DNA of 64,000 nucleotides. Source: Gammaproteobacteria bacterium (GTDB taxonomy: Bacteria > Pseudomonadota > Gammaproteobacteria > Eutrophobiales > Eutrophobiaceae). Both the position numbers and the translations under genes were made by a program. The notes under the pieces are model-generated. The model saw nothing but the letters and a program-made list of their open reading frames with translations, was not told the origin of the DNA and searched no databases. The DNA is taken from NCBI GenBank assembly GCA_965215365.1, contig CBDCDS010000003.1, positions 2,496,001 through 2,560,000 on the forward strand. The letters are read 5' to 3'. Within the stretch, counting starts at the first letter, position 1. Every line of letters starts with the position of its first letter. Below are positions 8,901 through 24,261 of this stretch, in pieces.

Positions 8901-11714
8901 TCAACAAAACTGCCGCGTTTCCCCTGCCCCGGCCACATTCAACACGCAACGCCCGCACAGTTGCGGATGCGCCGGGTCCACGCCGAGGTCTTCGCAACGG
9001 TGCCAGCAGCGCGCACATTTGCCATGGCTGGACGGCGTTACCTGTAGCCAGAGGCCGTCCAACTCACTCTGCCGGGCCGCTGCCGGGCGTGCCGTGGCAG
9101 ACTGCACTTGCGCCGCGGAGGTGATGAAGATATGACGTAACTCGGCTCCCGGATAATCCAGGGCAGCTTTGAGCGCACCGTCGCAATACAGCCGCACCGC
9201 CGCGTCCAGGGAGGAACCGATAGCGCCGTCCGTGCGCAGGCGCTCGAGCTCGCGGCTGACTGCCTCGCGCACCTTGATGATGGCAGGCCAGTGCTCAGAG
9301 CTGCTCACGTCCGGAAAATCCCGGTGCCACTCTTCCAGGAATACGGATTCACTGCGCGCGCCGGGCAGGTATTGCCAGTATTCATCCGCAGTGAAACTGA
9401 GCACCGGCGCCAGCCAGCGCACCAGCGCCTCGGCAATATGGTACATGGCAGTTTGCGCCGAACGCCGCGCCGGGCTGCCGCGTTGCAGGGTATAGATGCG
9501 GTCCTTGATGATATCCAGGTAGAACCCACCCAGGGTAACGACACAGTAATGGTGCAGTTTCTGGTAGATGAGGTGGAACTGGAAACCCTTATATGCACAG
9601 ATGATCTGTTCCTGCAAGCGTCTGGTTTCCAGCAGCGCCCACCGATCCAGCTCCAGTAATTCCTCAGCCGGCACACACTGTGTGTCGGGGTCGAACTGAT
9701 CCAGGTTGGCCAACAGGTAACGGGCGGTGTTGCGGATACGGCGATAGGCATCCGCCGTGCGTTTCAGTATCTCGTCGGACACGTTCATCTCACTGCGGTA
9801 GTCGGTGGCGGACACCCATAACCTGAGCACATCCGCGCCCAGGGTCTGCATGACTTGCTGCGGCGCCACCACATTGCCCAGCGACTTGGACATTTTCATG
9901 CCCTTGGCATCCACCGCAAACCCATGCGTGAGCACCTCCCGGTACGGCGCCTGCCGGTTGATGCCGACCGAGGTCAGCAGTGACGACTGAAACCAGCCGC
10001 GGTGCTGGTCGGAGCCTTCCAGGTAGAGATCGGCGGGGTAAGCCAGCTTGTCAGCGCGCGCCAGCACGGAGGCATGGGTCACACCCGAATCGAACCATAC
10101 GTCCAGGATATCCGTCACCTTGCGGTAGCGCGGCGCGTCGGCGCCGAGCAATTCCACCTCATCGAGTTCAAACCAGGCATCCACCCCGGACTGCTCTATG
10201 AGCTGTGCGACGGCTTCGATCAGGCGCGGCGTGTCGGGGTGCAACGCGCCCGTGTCCCGGCACATAAACACTGCGATGGGTACGCCCCAGGTGCGCTGCC
10301 GGGAGATACACCAGTCGCCACGCTCGCCCACCATGCCGCGAATGCGCTCGCGACCCCAGTCAGGCGTCCACTGTACCTGCTCGATCGCGTCCAGGGCCGC
10401 AGCGCGCAGGTCTCGGGCGTCCATGCTGAAAAACCATTGCGGCGTAGTACGGAAGATGACCGGCGACTTATGGCGCCAGCAATGGGGGTAACTGTGCCCC
10501 AGCGTGGTTTCCACCAGCAGGTTATTCCTGTCGATCAGCACTTCAATAATATGGGCATTGGCCTTGAATACGTGTTCACCGGCAAACAGTTCCGTATCAT
10601 CCCGGAAACAGCCGTTATCGGCCACCGGATTAGTGACGGGCAAGCCGTATTCCAGCCCTGCGCGGTAGTCGTCCACACCGTGACCCGGCGCCGTATGCAC
10701 CGCGCCGGTGCCGGTCTCCAGGGTCACATGGGCGCCCAGGATTACCGGCACCTGACGCGCATAAAACGGATGCTGCAGTTGCACGCCGGCCAGCGCCGAA
10801 CCCTTACAGCGGGCTAAAATGTGGTAGTTTTCCATGCCGTAACGATGCAATGCCGATGACGCCAGTTTTTCCGCCAGCAGCAACCGTTCCCGGCCGCGCG
10901 CTGATTCACACTGCACGACGACATAATCAAACCCCGCATTCAGCGCCACCGCCTGATTGGCCGGCAAGGTCCAGGGCGTGGTCGTCCAAATTACCAGGGA
11001 CAGGCGCCCATCGCCGCGCGCCGGGCCCGGTTCCGACGCCGCCGCAAACACGGCCTCGGCGTCAACGACGGGAAAGCACACGTCCACCGCCGGTGACTGT
11101 TTGTCGAGATATTCGACCTCGGCTTCTGCCAATGCCGAGGTGCAATCGAGACACCAGTACACCGGTTTGAAACCCTGGGTCAGGTGCCCGGCCTCAATCA
11201 TCCGGCCCAACGCCCGCACAATGTCGGCTTCGGTGTGATAATTCATGGTCAGGTACGGCGCATCCCAGTCACCCAGCACCCCCAGCCGTTCAAAATCAGT
11301 ACGCTGCCGGTTAACCTGCTTGTGCGCATAGTCGCGGCAGGCCTCGCGAAACCGGCGCGGTTCGACCCGCGCGCCGGCCTTGCCGAGCTTCTTTTCCACC
11401 TGGTGCTCAATGGGCAGGCCATGACAGTCCCAACCGGGCACGTAAGGGCAGTCAAACCCGTCCAGGCTGTGCGACTTGATGATGATGTCTTTCAGAATCT
11501 TGTTGACGGCATGGCCCAGGTGGATATCGCCATTGGCATACGGCGGGCCGTCATGCAGGATATACTTGTCGCGCCCGGCCCGGCGTTGTCGGAGATGGCC
11601 ATAAACGTCCAGTTCCTGCCAGCGCTGCAACATCCCCGGCTCGCGCTGCGCCAGATTTCCCTTCATGGGAAAGGCGGTTCTGGGCAGGCACAGCGTGTCT
11701 TTATAATCAGCCAT
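8901..11714 (-). CDS. ileS: Isoleucine--tRNA ligase
   Basis: HDGPPYANGDIHLGH, GWDCHGLP, WTTTPWT, KMSKS, C-terminal Zn finger. Confidence 0.98.
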   Translation of the reverse strand: MADYKDTLCLPRTAFPMKGNLAQREPGMLQRWQELDVYGHLRQRRAGRDKYILHDGPPYANGDIHLGHAVNKILKDIIIKSHSLDGFDCPYVPGWDCHGLPIEHQVEKKLGKAGARVEPRRFREACRDYAHKQVNRQRTDFERLGVLGDWDAPYLTMNYHTEADIVRALGRMIEAGHLTQGFKPVYWCLDCTSALAEAEVEYLDKQSPAVDVCFPVVDAEAVFAAASEPGPARGDGRLSLVIWTTTPWTLPANQAVALNAGFDYVVVQCESARGRERLLLAEKLASSALHRYGMENYHILARCKGSALAGVQLQHPFYARQVPVILGAHVTLETGTGAVHTAPGHGVDDYRAGLEYGLPVTNPVADNGCFRDDTELFAGEHVFKANAHIIEVLIDRNNLLVETTLGHSYPHCWRHKSPVIFRTTPQWFFSMDARDLRAAALDAIEQVQWTPDWGRERIRGMVGERGDWCISRQRTWGVPIAVFMCRDTGALHPDTPRLIEAVAQLIEQSGVDAWFELDEVELLGADAPRYRKVTDILDVWFDSGVTHASVLARADKLAYPADLYLEGSDQHRGWFQSSLLTSVGINRQAPYREVLTHGFAVDAKGMKMSKSLGNVVAPQQVMQTLGADVLRLWVSATDYRSEMNVSDEILKRTADAYRRIRNTARYLLANLDQFDPDTQCVPAEELLELDRWALLETRRLQEQIICAYKGFQFHLIYQKLHHYCVVTLGGFYLDIIKDRIYTLQRGSPARRSAQTAMYHIAEALVRWLAPVLSFTADEYWQYLPGARSESVFLEEWHRDFPDVSSSEHWPAIIKVREAVSRELERLRTDGAIGSSLDAAVRLYCDGALKAALDYPGAELRHIFITSAAQVQSATARPAAARQSELDGLWLQVTPSSHGKCARCWHRCEDLGVDPAHPQLCGRCVLNVAGAGETRQFC

Positions 11715-11740
11715 GTTTGCAGATTTATGTCCGCCGCGCG

Positions 11741-12679
11741 TCACTCTGACCCTTGAATTTTGAAAAATTCCCTGGCAATGCTGATGTCCGTTGCGATCTG
11801 TGCCACCAGTTCGTCGATGGAGGAGAATTTGCGCTCATCGCGCAGGCGTTTGAAGAACTCTACGCTGATATACCTGCCGTAAATCATTTGATCAAAGTCG
11901 AACAGGTGCGCCTCCAGTAGCAGTTTCGTATCCTCGAAGACCGGACGCGTGCCCAGGTTGGCAACACCTAAGTGGGTTTTCTCGCCGGCGCCTTTGACAC
12001 TCACTGCGAACACGCCGCGTAATGGCACGTGGCGCTTGCCGAGGTTGATATTGGCAGTGGGGAAACCCAACTGGCGCCCGCGCGCAGCGCCATGCGCCAC
12101 CCGCCCACTAATACTGAAATAGCGACCCAGCAGCAACTGCGCATCTTCGAAGCGACTTTCCTGCAAGCGCGCGCGGATGCTGCTGCTGCTCACCCGGTCG
12201 CCGTCCAGCCGGTGCGTCTCGGCCAAGATCACATCAAAACCCAGACGCTGGCTGAACTCGCGCAGCATGTGGTAGTCGCCGCGCCGGTTCTTGCCGAACT
12301 TGAAGTCATCGCCGATGATGAGCCGCTTGATTGACAGGTCGCCGACCAGTACCTGCTCGATAAACTGCTCCGCCGAGAGGTCGGCAACGCCCTGCTGGAA
12401 ACGCAGGCACAGCACCCGGTCGATGTCCTGCTGTTTGAGCATCTCCAATTTTTCCCGAAAACTGGTAATACGGGTCGGCGCCTTTTCCACATTAAAAAAC
12501 TCCTGCGGGTGCGGCTCAAAAGTGATCACCAGCGCCGGCAGGCCCATCACCTCGGCATGGCGCTTGAGCTGCCTGAGCAGCGCCTGATGGCCCAGGTGAA
12601 TGCCGTCATAGTTGCCAATAGTGGCAACACAACCCCGATGTCGGGACTTGAGATTGTATGAGTACCTGATCAGTTCCAT
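11741..12679 (-). CDS. ribF: Riboflavin kinase/FAD synthetase
   Basis: GNYDGIHLGHQ, VSSS, GFPTAN, EAHLFDF. Confidence 0.96.
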   Translation of the reverse strand: MELIRYSYNLKSRHRGCVATIGNYDGIHLGHQALLRQLKRHAEVMGLPALVITFEPHPQEFFNVEKAPTRITSFREKLEMLKQQDIDRVLCLRFQQGVADLSAEQFIEQVLVGDLSIKRLIIGDDFKFGKNRRGDYHMLREFSQRLGFDVILAETHRLDGDRVSSSSIRARLQESRFEDAQLLLGRYFSISGRVAHGAARGRQLGFPTANINLGKRHVPLRGVFAVSVKGAGEKTHLGVANLGTRPVFEDTKLLLEAHLFDFDQMIYGRYISVEFFKRLRDERKFSSIDELVAQIATDISIAREFFKIQGSE

Positions 12680-12710
12680 AGTGCATCCACAGATTGCGCA
12701 GATTAGCGTA

Positions 12711-12757
12711 AGGCCACCTCTAAAAATGCCATGGAGGGCGTTTTTAGAGGTTCCTTA
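12711..12757. repeat. Mini MITE-like palindrome (family 2) overlapping murJ 3' end
   Basis: AGGCCACCTCTAAAAATGCC ATGGAG GGCGTTTTTAGAGGTTCCT; related copies at ~1773, ~3924, 31771, 32536, 37361, ~44073, ~59885. Confidence 0.7.
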
Positions 12758-14285
12758 AATTACGCAGGCGCAGGCCGCAAAGCCACAGGGTAGCAAAGTA
12801 GGCCAGGGCGCCGGCAAGGGTGAATAATACTACATTAACGGCGCGCGCAGATAGATCCCATTGCAGCCAGGTGGGTGGCGCCGGCACGAAATACACCAGC
12901 GCCAGCGCCATCACCGCCAGCGCCAGACCGATCCGACCCAGGTGCGGGAGCCAGCCGGGGCTGGGCCGGAAACCTTTTTTTCGACGCAGTGCGCAGTATA
13001 GTAACGCGGCGTTGAGACCGGCCGCCAGGGAGGTGGCCAGGGCCAGACCGGCATGGGCCAGGGGAATGACCAGGGCCAGGTTCAGCACGATGTTGGCAAG
13101 CATGGCAAGCACCGCAATGGTGACCGGGGTTTTGGTGTCCTGCCTGGAAAAAAAGCCCGCAGACAGCACCTTCACCAGGATAAAGGCCGGCAGGCCCAGC
13201 GCGTACATGAGCAGGCTGCGATGGGCCATGTGTACATCGTAGGCGGAAAATTCGTTGTATTGAAACAGCGCGATCAACAGCGGCGCCCCCAGCAGCATCA
13301 GACCGGCGCCGGCGGGCAGCGCCACCAACAGCACCCAGCGCAAGGCCCAGTCCAGGATTTTATTGAACGCCGCGTGGTCCTTGCCGGCATGTTCCGCCGC
13401 CAGGCTGGGCAGTACCACAGTAGCCAGCGCAATACCAAACACGCCCAGCGGAAACTCAACCAGCCGGTCGGAAAAATACAGCCAGGAGATACTGCCCGTT
13501 GCCAGGAAGGATGCAATAATGGTATCGACCATCAGGTTCACCTGGGTGACGGAAACGGCGAACAGGGTCGGTATCATCAATTTGATTATTCTGCCCACGC
13601 CTTCCCGGTCGCGCCTGAAACGGGGCCGTGGCAACAGCCTCAATTTAAGCAGGAACGGGAACTGGAACAACAGTTGCGCCAAGCCCGCGATCAACACGCC
13701 CCAGGCCAGAGCCACCACCCGTTGCTCTGTCGGGAAATACGGCGTCAACCATAACGCGCAGCCAATCAGTGACAGGTTGAGCAATACCGGCGTGAACGCG
13801 GGCACGGCAAAACGCCGGTAGGTATTGAGTATGCCACCCGCCATCGCAGTTAAGGAAATAAACAGGATGTAAGGAAAGGTGATGCTCAACATGCGGGCGG
13901 CCAGCGCCTGCTTCTCCAGGTCGGTGCTGAAGCCAGGCGCAAAAAGCCAGATCAGCAGCGGCGCCGCCAGCACGCCAATTACCGTGGTCACGCACAACCA
14001 GGAACCCAATACCGCAACGGTATGTTCCAGCAAGGCGCTCACCTCGTCGCGGCTGCGGCGCTCCCGGTATTCCGATAACACCGGCACAAACGCCTGCGAG
14101 AAACCGCCTTCCGCGAAAATCCGGCGCAGGAAGTTAGGGATACGAAAGGCGACGATAAACGCATCCACCCCTGCCCCAGGACCAAACATGGCGCCGATGA
14201 GCACATCCCGAACCAACCCCAGCAGGCGCGATAGCGACGTCATCAGGCCGACCACCAGGGTAGATTTGAGCAGCTTGTTGCGCAT
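12744..14285 (-). CDS. murJ: Lipid II flippase
   Basis: SRLLGLVRD, FRIPNFLRRIFAEG, DRLVEFPLG, QDTKTP; conserved ribF-murJ-rpsT context. Confidence 0.96.
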   Translation of the reverse strand: MRNKLLKSTLVVGLMTSLSRLLGLVRDVLIGAMFGPGAGVDAFIVAFRIPNFLRRIFAEGGFSQAFVPVLSEYRERRSRDEVSALLEHTVAVLGSWLCVTTVIGVLAAPLLIWLFAPGFSTDLEKQALAARMLSITFPYILFISLTAMAGGILNTYRRFAVPAFTPVLLNLSLIGCALWLTPYFPTEQRVVALAWGVLIAGLAQLLFQFPFLLKLRLLPRPRFRRDREGVGRIIKLMIPTLFAVSVTQVNLMVDTIIASFLATGSISWLYFSDRLVEFPLGVFGIALATVVLPSLAAEHAGKDHAAFNKILDWALRWVLLVALPAGAGLMLLGAPLLIALFQYNEFSAYDVHMAHRSLLMYALGLPAFILVKVLSAGFFSRQDTKTPVTIAVLAMLANIVLNLALVIPLAHAGLALATSLAAGLNAALLYCALRRKKGFRPSPGWLPHLGRIGLALAVMALALVYFVPAPPTWLQWDLSARAVNVVLFTLAGALAYFATLWLCGLRLRNLRNL

Positions 14286-14452
14286 GGGTGGAATTTAACA
14301 CGGATGGACAGGAGATACAGGATTTACCAGGCAAAATCTCAACCTGCCCCCACCTGTCTTACCGGAGTTAGCGAGCGCTACTGTTTGACAAGCCACCGTC
14401 TTGCCTGCATAGTACCGGCTTTGATTGATTACCGACCGTCAGGAGTCACATT

Positions 14453-14719
14453 TTGGCTAATATTGCATCAGCGAAGAAACGCGCCCGTCAGGCGGCCAAA
14501 CGCCGTCTGCACAACAACTCGCGCCGTTCCATGTTACGGACGTACCTCAGGAAAGTCGTGGAATCGATTGCCAGCGGTGACAAAACCGCGGCAACCGCTG
14601 CCTACCAGTCCGCCGTGCCCATCATCGACAGAATGGCCAACAAAGGCCTGATTCACAAAAACAAAGCCGCCCGCCACAAAAGCCGCCTGAACGCCAAAAT
14701 TCGCGCGTTGGGAGACTGA
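14453..14719 (+). CDS. rpsT: 30S ribosomal protein S20
   Basis: [28 protein letters not shown]. Confidence 0.98.
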   Translation: MANIASAKKRARQAAKRRLHNNSRRSMLRTYLRKVVESIASGDKTAATAAYQSAVPIIDRMANKGLIHKNKAARHKSRLNAKIRALGD

Positions 14720-14793
14720 GTACTGCGCTTGACACGCATACGTTTGGGCCAGCGCTGGCGCGACCAGCACCGACTCGAACCGGAAGAGTGGGG

Positions 14794-15414
14794 CTATGAA
14801 GCCATCAGAGACATCACCCAGCGCAAGTAAAACGGTCCGACGGCCAGCAGCAGAAAGGTCATCGACACCATCAGAGCGCCGAGCCTGATAACGATTTTGT
14901 CTTGCATAGATGTCATTGTCTGTTTCAGCGCCGCAACCTCAGCCCTGATTACAGCCAGCTGCGCTTCTAGGTCTTTTCTGGTTGCCACAATCTGCGCTTC
15001 CAGGTCTTTTCTGGTTACGGCAATCTCGGCTCTGATTTCAGCGGTCCGTACTTCCAGGTCTTTTCTGGTTGCCACAATCTGCGCTTCCAGGTCTTTTCTG
15101 GTTGCCACAATCTGCGCTTCCAGGTCTTTTCTGGTTGCCACAATCTGCGCTTCCAGGTCTTTTCTGGTTACGGCAATCTCGGCTCTGATTTCAGCGGTCC
15201 GTACTTCCAGGTCCTTTCTGGTTGCAGTGCCCTGCAATTCGAGATCTGCTTTGGTTGCTACGGTTTCGTTCATTGCCGTGCTGATGGTCGTTACAATAGC
15301 TTCGGCCTGCCGCTCCTCAAATCCGGAATTTCTCAACTGCTGCGCGGCTGTCAGTGTATCGAATGTCACCACTGCCGGTTTGTTGGCAGATAACGCTTCA
15401 TTAGCTGCTGTCAT
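14794..15414 (-). CDS. CCDC90/DUF1640-like membrane-anchored coiled-coil protein with internal repeats
   Basis: FDTL...L...GF...QAEAI head, VATKADL neck, repeated ATRKDLE coiled coil, C-terminal TM. Confidence 0.85.
   Translation of the reverse strand: MTAANEALSANKPAVVTFDTLTAAQQLRNSGFEERQAEAIVTTISTAMNETVATKADLELQGTATRKDLEVRTAEIRAEIAVTRKDLEAQIVATRKDLEAQIVATRKDLEAQIVATRKDLEVRTAEIRAEIAVTRKDLEAQIVATRKDLEAQLAVIRAEVAALKQTMTSMQDKIVIRLGALMVSMTFLLLAVGPFYLRWVMSLMAS
14971..15225. repeat. In-frame tandem repeat of 33-bp and 54-bp units (A-B-A-A-A-B on + strand)
   Basis: GGTCTTTTCTGGTTGCCACAATCTGCGCTTCCA x4 plus two 54-bp units. Confidence 0.9.
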
Positions 15415-15558
15415 TAGCTTTCTCCCTCGTCATGGCAAAGATCGGTTATAGCTCTTCGCCGGGGTTCCGATGCAGGCCGTCTGAATCTTGTAGCGGCCTG
15501 ATGAGATTTCAGTGTAGCACAGGCGGGTTGTTTTTTGCAATGGTGTTGCTGTCACCTG

Positions 15559-16680
15559 CTACTGAGGATAAAACACCACCATATTATCCCGGTGGATCAG
15601 TTCCTGCTCAGCGACGTAACCTAGTAACTGTTCAATCATATTGCTGGGCTGGCCCATGATTTTGTGGGTTTCAGCGGCGTTATAGTTAATCAGACCGCGG
15701 GCGAGCTCCTGGCCGTGGAGGTTGGTACAACTGACGACATCGCCCCGTTTGAACTTGCCGCGCACCTCTGCCACGCCTACGGCCAGCAGGCTTTTTCCTT
15801 GTTCTGTCAGCACCTTGCAGGCGCCGTCGTCGAGGGTCAGGCGGCCTTGCGGTGGTTTGTGTCCCGCCAACCATTGTTTACGCGCGGCCAGCGGCGTGCG
15901 ACCTACGCTGAGCAAGGTGCCGACCTGCTCATGGGCGGCAATTTTCAACAACACCTCAGCCTCCAGCCCGGAGCAGATGATTGTTTCTGTCCCGGACTTG
16001 GCTGCGGTCTCTGCGGCCTTGAGCTTGGTGAGCATGCCGCCGCGCCCCAGCGCGCCACCGGGCCCGGCAAATTCCAGCAGAGATGCATCACCCGCCTGTG
16101 CCGCGCTGAGTAAGCGGGCTTCAGGAAATGCGCGCGGGTCGCGCTCATACAAACCCGCTTGGTCGGTGAGAATGATCAGGCGGTCGGCTTCCGCCAGGTT
16201 TGCCACCAATCCGGCCAACGAGTCATTGTCACCGAAACGTATTTCGTCGGTGGCGACACTGTCATTTTCGTTGATGATTGGCACCACTTCCAGTTCCAGC
16301 AAGGTACGCAAGGTAGAACGGGCATTCAGGTAACGTTTGCGGTCGGCCACATCGTCATGGGTCAGCAGTATCTGGGCAGTGTGGATGCCATGGCCCTGGA
16401 ACGCGGACTCGTAAGCCTGGATCAACCCCGTTTGCCCGACTGCAGCCGCCGCTTGTTGCTCATGCAGACTGACGCGCCGCAACTTCCAGCCCAGCCGCGC
16501 GCGCCCCGCGGCGATAGCACCGGATGAGACGATAATAAAGTGAATGCCGCGCGCGCGTAACTGCGCCAGCTGGTCCACCCAGCCACCAATGACTTCGGGG
16601 CGCAAACCCAGACCGTCGTTGGTCAGTAAGGCGCTGCCTATTTTGACCACCCAGCATTGGCCGCTGAGGTCTGAGGCAGC

Positions 16681-16692
<12 letters not shown>
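15559..16692 (-). CDS. proB: Glutamate 5-kinase
   Basis: [36 protein letters not shown]-terminal PUA domain. Confidence 0.96.
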
Positions 16693-18440
<1,748 letters not shown>

Positions 18441-18466
18441 AGCACTACACCTGTTGAAATAACCCA

Positions 18467-18670
18467 TTAAAGCAATGATTTGAGTACAGGCAATATCTCA
18501 ACGACGATAACCAGACCAACCATCCATTTCAGCACCAGCAAATCAGCTTCTATCCTGCCAAACCTCGCATCGCTGTTGGCCATGGCCTTCGCTGCTTCTG
18601 TCGCTTTCTCATCATCGACGCCTGCTGCCCGAAAAGCATCATAAACTTCCTTAACGATCGCGCTCATCAA
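18467..18670 (-). CDS. Short DUF1640/CCDC90-like membrane-anchored protein
   Basis: [20 protein letters not shown] head; [11 protein letters not shown] tail. Confidence 0.7.
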   Translation of the reverse strand: MMSAIVKEVYDAFRAAGVDDEKATEAAKAMANSDARFGRIEADLLVLKWMVGLVIVVEILPVLKSLL

Positions 18671-18735
18671 TTTACCACCTGTTAAAACTGCATACGGAGT
18701 ATTCTACATCACTCAAGGATGAAACACAAATGGTA

Positions 18736-18811
<76 letters not shown>

Positions 18812-18964
18812 AGCGAGCGGGTATTGTCTGCCAACTCGGATATAACTGCAACCGCAATTCCGTAGCCCGCAGATCTTGTCCAGATGAAAAGTCCACGTAT
18901 GATAACGGGAATTTTTCCTGAAATCGAAACTGTGCCGCCTGATTGTACTATAATACCCCCCGTT

Positions 18965-19068
18965 CCCTGAGGAGCGTTGCGACGGGCCGCGGCCTGCCAG
19001 GCTCAGGTAAACACGGTGTACGCACTCCGCTTCCTTGCGGGGGAACCCATAACCGAACGACGCTCACT
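18965..19068 (+). ncRNA. SAH riboswitch
   Basis: CCTGAGGAGCGTTGCGAC...GCCAGGCTCAGG...AACGACGCTCAC matches SAH consensus (P1 CCTGAG/CTCAGG, pseudoknot GAGCGT/ACGCTC); directly upstream of metH. Confidence 0.88.
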
Positions 19069-19088
19069 TATTGCCGGAGAGAGGATAA

Positions 19089-22799
<3,711 letters not shown>

Positions 22800-22877
22800 A
22801 ATAATATCCTGTCTATCCTGTGCATCCATGTTAGCATTGCCAAAAACAGCATAACCCCGGAGGGAAACTGAGCAACT

Positions 22878-23774
22878 ATGTACCCTGCACCATTCCGTTA
22901 CCATCGCCCGGCGACACTGGGCAGCGCGTTAACGCTGCTGGCCGAACTGGGCACCGGCGCCAGACCTCTGGCCGGAGGGCAATCGCTGATCCCCATTCTC
23001 AAGATGCGTATGGATGAGCCGTCCGACCTGGTGGACATCGGCCGCCTCACGGAGTTGACGCATATCCGCAAGGGCGCAGACTGCTACCACCTCGGCGCAC
23101 TGGCGACCCACGCCCGGGTTGCTGCTTCTACAGCCGCGGCTGAGATTCCCGTGCTGCATGACTGCGCCGCCAACATTGCCGATGCACAGGTGCGGTCGCT
23201 GGGCACCATCGGCGGCTCGATCAGCGTCGCTGATCCGAGTAGTGACTGGCCGACCCTGTTGCACCTGCTGGATGCACAAATCGTCTGTCGCGGATTGGAC
23301 GGCAGCCGCACCATCGACACCCGTGACTTCATCACAGATTCCTACAGCAACAGTCTGGCAGACGGCGAGTTGGTCACCGAAATTCAAATACCGATGCCTC
23401 CGGCGAACAGTGGCGGCGCTTACCTGGGCTTCAAGAAGGCGGCACCGGCCTACCCGGCGGCGGCGGCCGGGGTACAGTTGACCCTCACCGCCGGCAACAT
23501 CTGTCAGACCATCCGGCTGGCGCTGGGCGCGGCGGGGCCTGTTCCGGTCACTTCCGGGGACATTGAACAGTCACTCGTAGGCGAACCGCTGACCGATGCA
23601 AAACTGCAACAGGCGGGCGCGGCCCTGGTTGATTTATCCAACCCACCCACCGATGCCCGCGGCTCGGCAGAGTTCAAACGCACTATGTTGCGTGCGCTGT
23701 TTATGCGCGCCGCACATGTCGCCCTGCAACGGGCACAAGGTGTTGTTGTCAAAGGGAAGCATGATTATGCCTGA
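22878..23774 (+). CDS. Xanthine dehydrogenase-family FAD subunit (CoxM-like)
   Basis: [39 protein letters not shown]. Confidence 0.9.
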   Translation: MYPAPFRYHRPATLGSALTLLAELGTGARPLAGGQSLIPILKMRMDEPSDLVDIGRLTELTHIRKGADCYHLGALATHARVAASTAAAEIPVLHDCAANIADAQVRSLGTIGGSISVADPSSDWPTLLHLLDAQIVCRGLDGSRTIDTRDFITDSYSNSLADGELVTEIQIPMPPANSGGAYLGFKKAAPAYPAAAAGVQLTLTAGNICQTIRLALGAAGPVPVTSGDIEQSLVGEPLTDAKLQQAGAALVDLSNPPTDARGSAEFKRTMLRALFMRAAHVALQRAQGVVVKGKHDYA

Positions 23775-24258
23775 AACATTACCCACCGTAGCCGTGCGCG
23801 TCACCGTCAACGGCAAGCCCTGCGAACGGCAGGTGGAGCCCCGACAATTACTGGTAGAGTTTATTCGCGAGGAACTGCGCCTGACTGGCACGCATGTCGG
23901 CTGCGATACCAGTTTCTGCGGCGCCTGCACGGTATTGCTGAACGGCGCGCCGGTCAAATCCTGCACCCTGTTCGCAGCACAAGCCGACGGCACCGCGCTC
24001 ACCACCGTGGAAGCCCTGGAGCAGGACGGACAGTTACACCCGTTGCAACAAGCGTTCTCCGAACAACATGGCCTGCAATGCGGTTATTGCACACCGGGGA
24101 TGTTGATGTCATCGCTGGCGCTGCTGGCCGAGAACCCGGACCCCAGCGCGCAGGATATTCGCAAGGCTCTGGCCGGCAACCTCTGCCGCTGCACCGGCTA
24201 CCAGAACATCATCAAATCCGTACAGGCCGCAGCCACGGTATTACGGCGGGAGGGCTAA
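23767..24258 (+). CDS. (2Fe-2S) subunit (CoxS-like)
   Basis: [29 protein letters not shown]. Confidence 0.93.
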   Translation: MPETLPTVAVRVTVNGKPCERQVEPRQLLVEFIREELRLTGTHVGCDTSFCGACTVLLNGAPVKSCTLFAAQADGTALTTVEALEQDGQLHPLQQAFSEQHGLQCGYCTPGMLMSSLALLAENPDPSAQDIRKALAGNLCRCTGYQNIIKSVQAAATVLRREG

Positions 24259-24261
24259 ACC

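Noticed and set aside
14971-15225. Possible CRISPR array
   Set aside because: Units are contiguous multiples of 3 inside an ORF, with no unique spacers and no cas genes.
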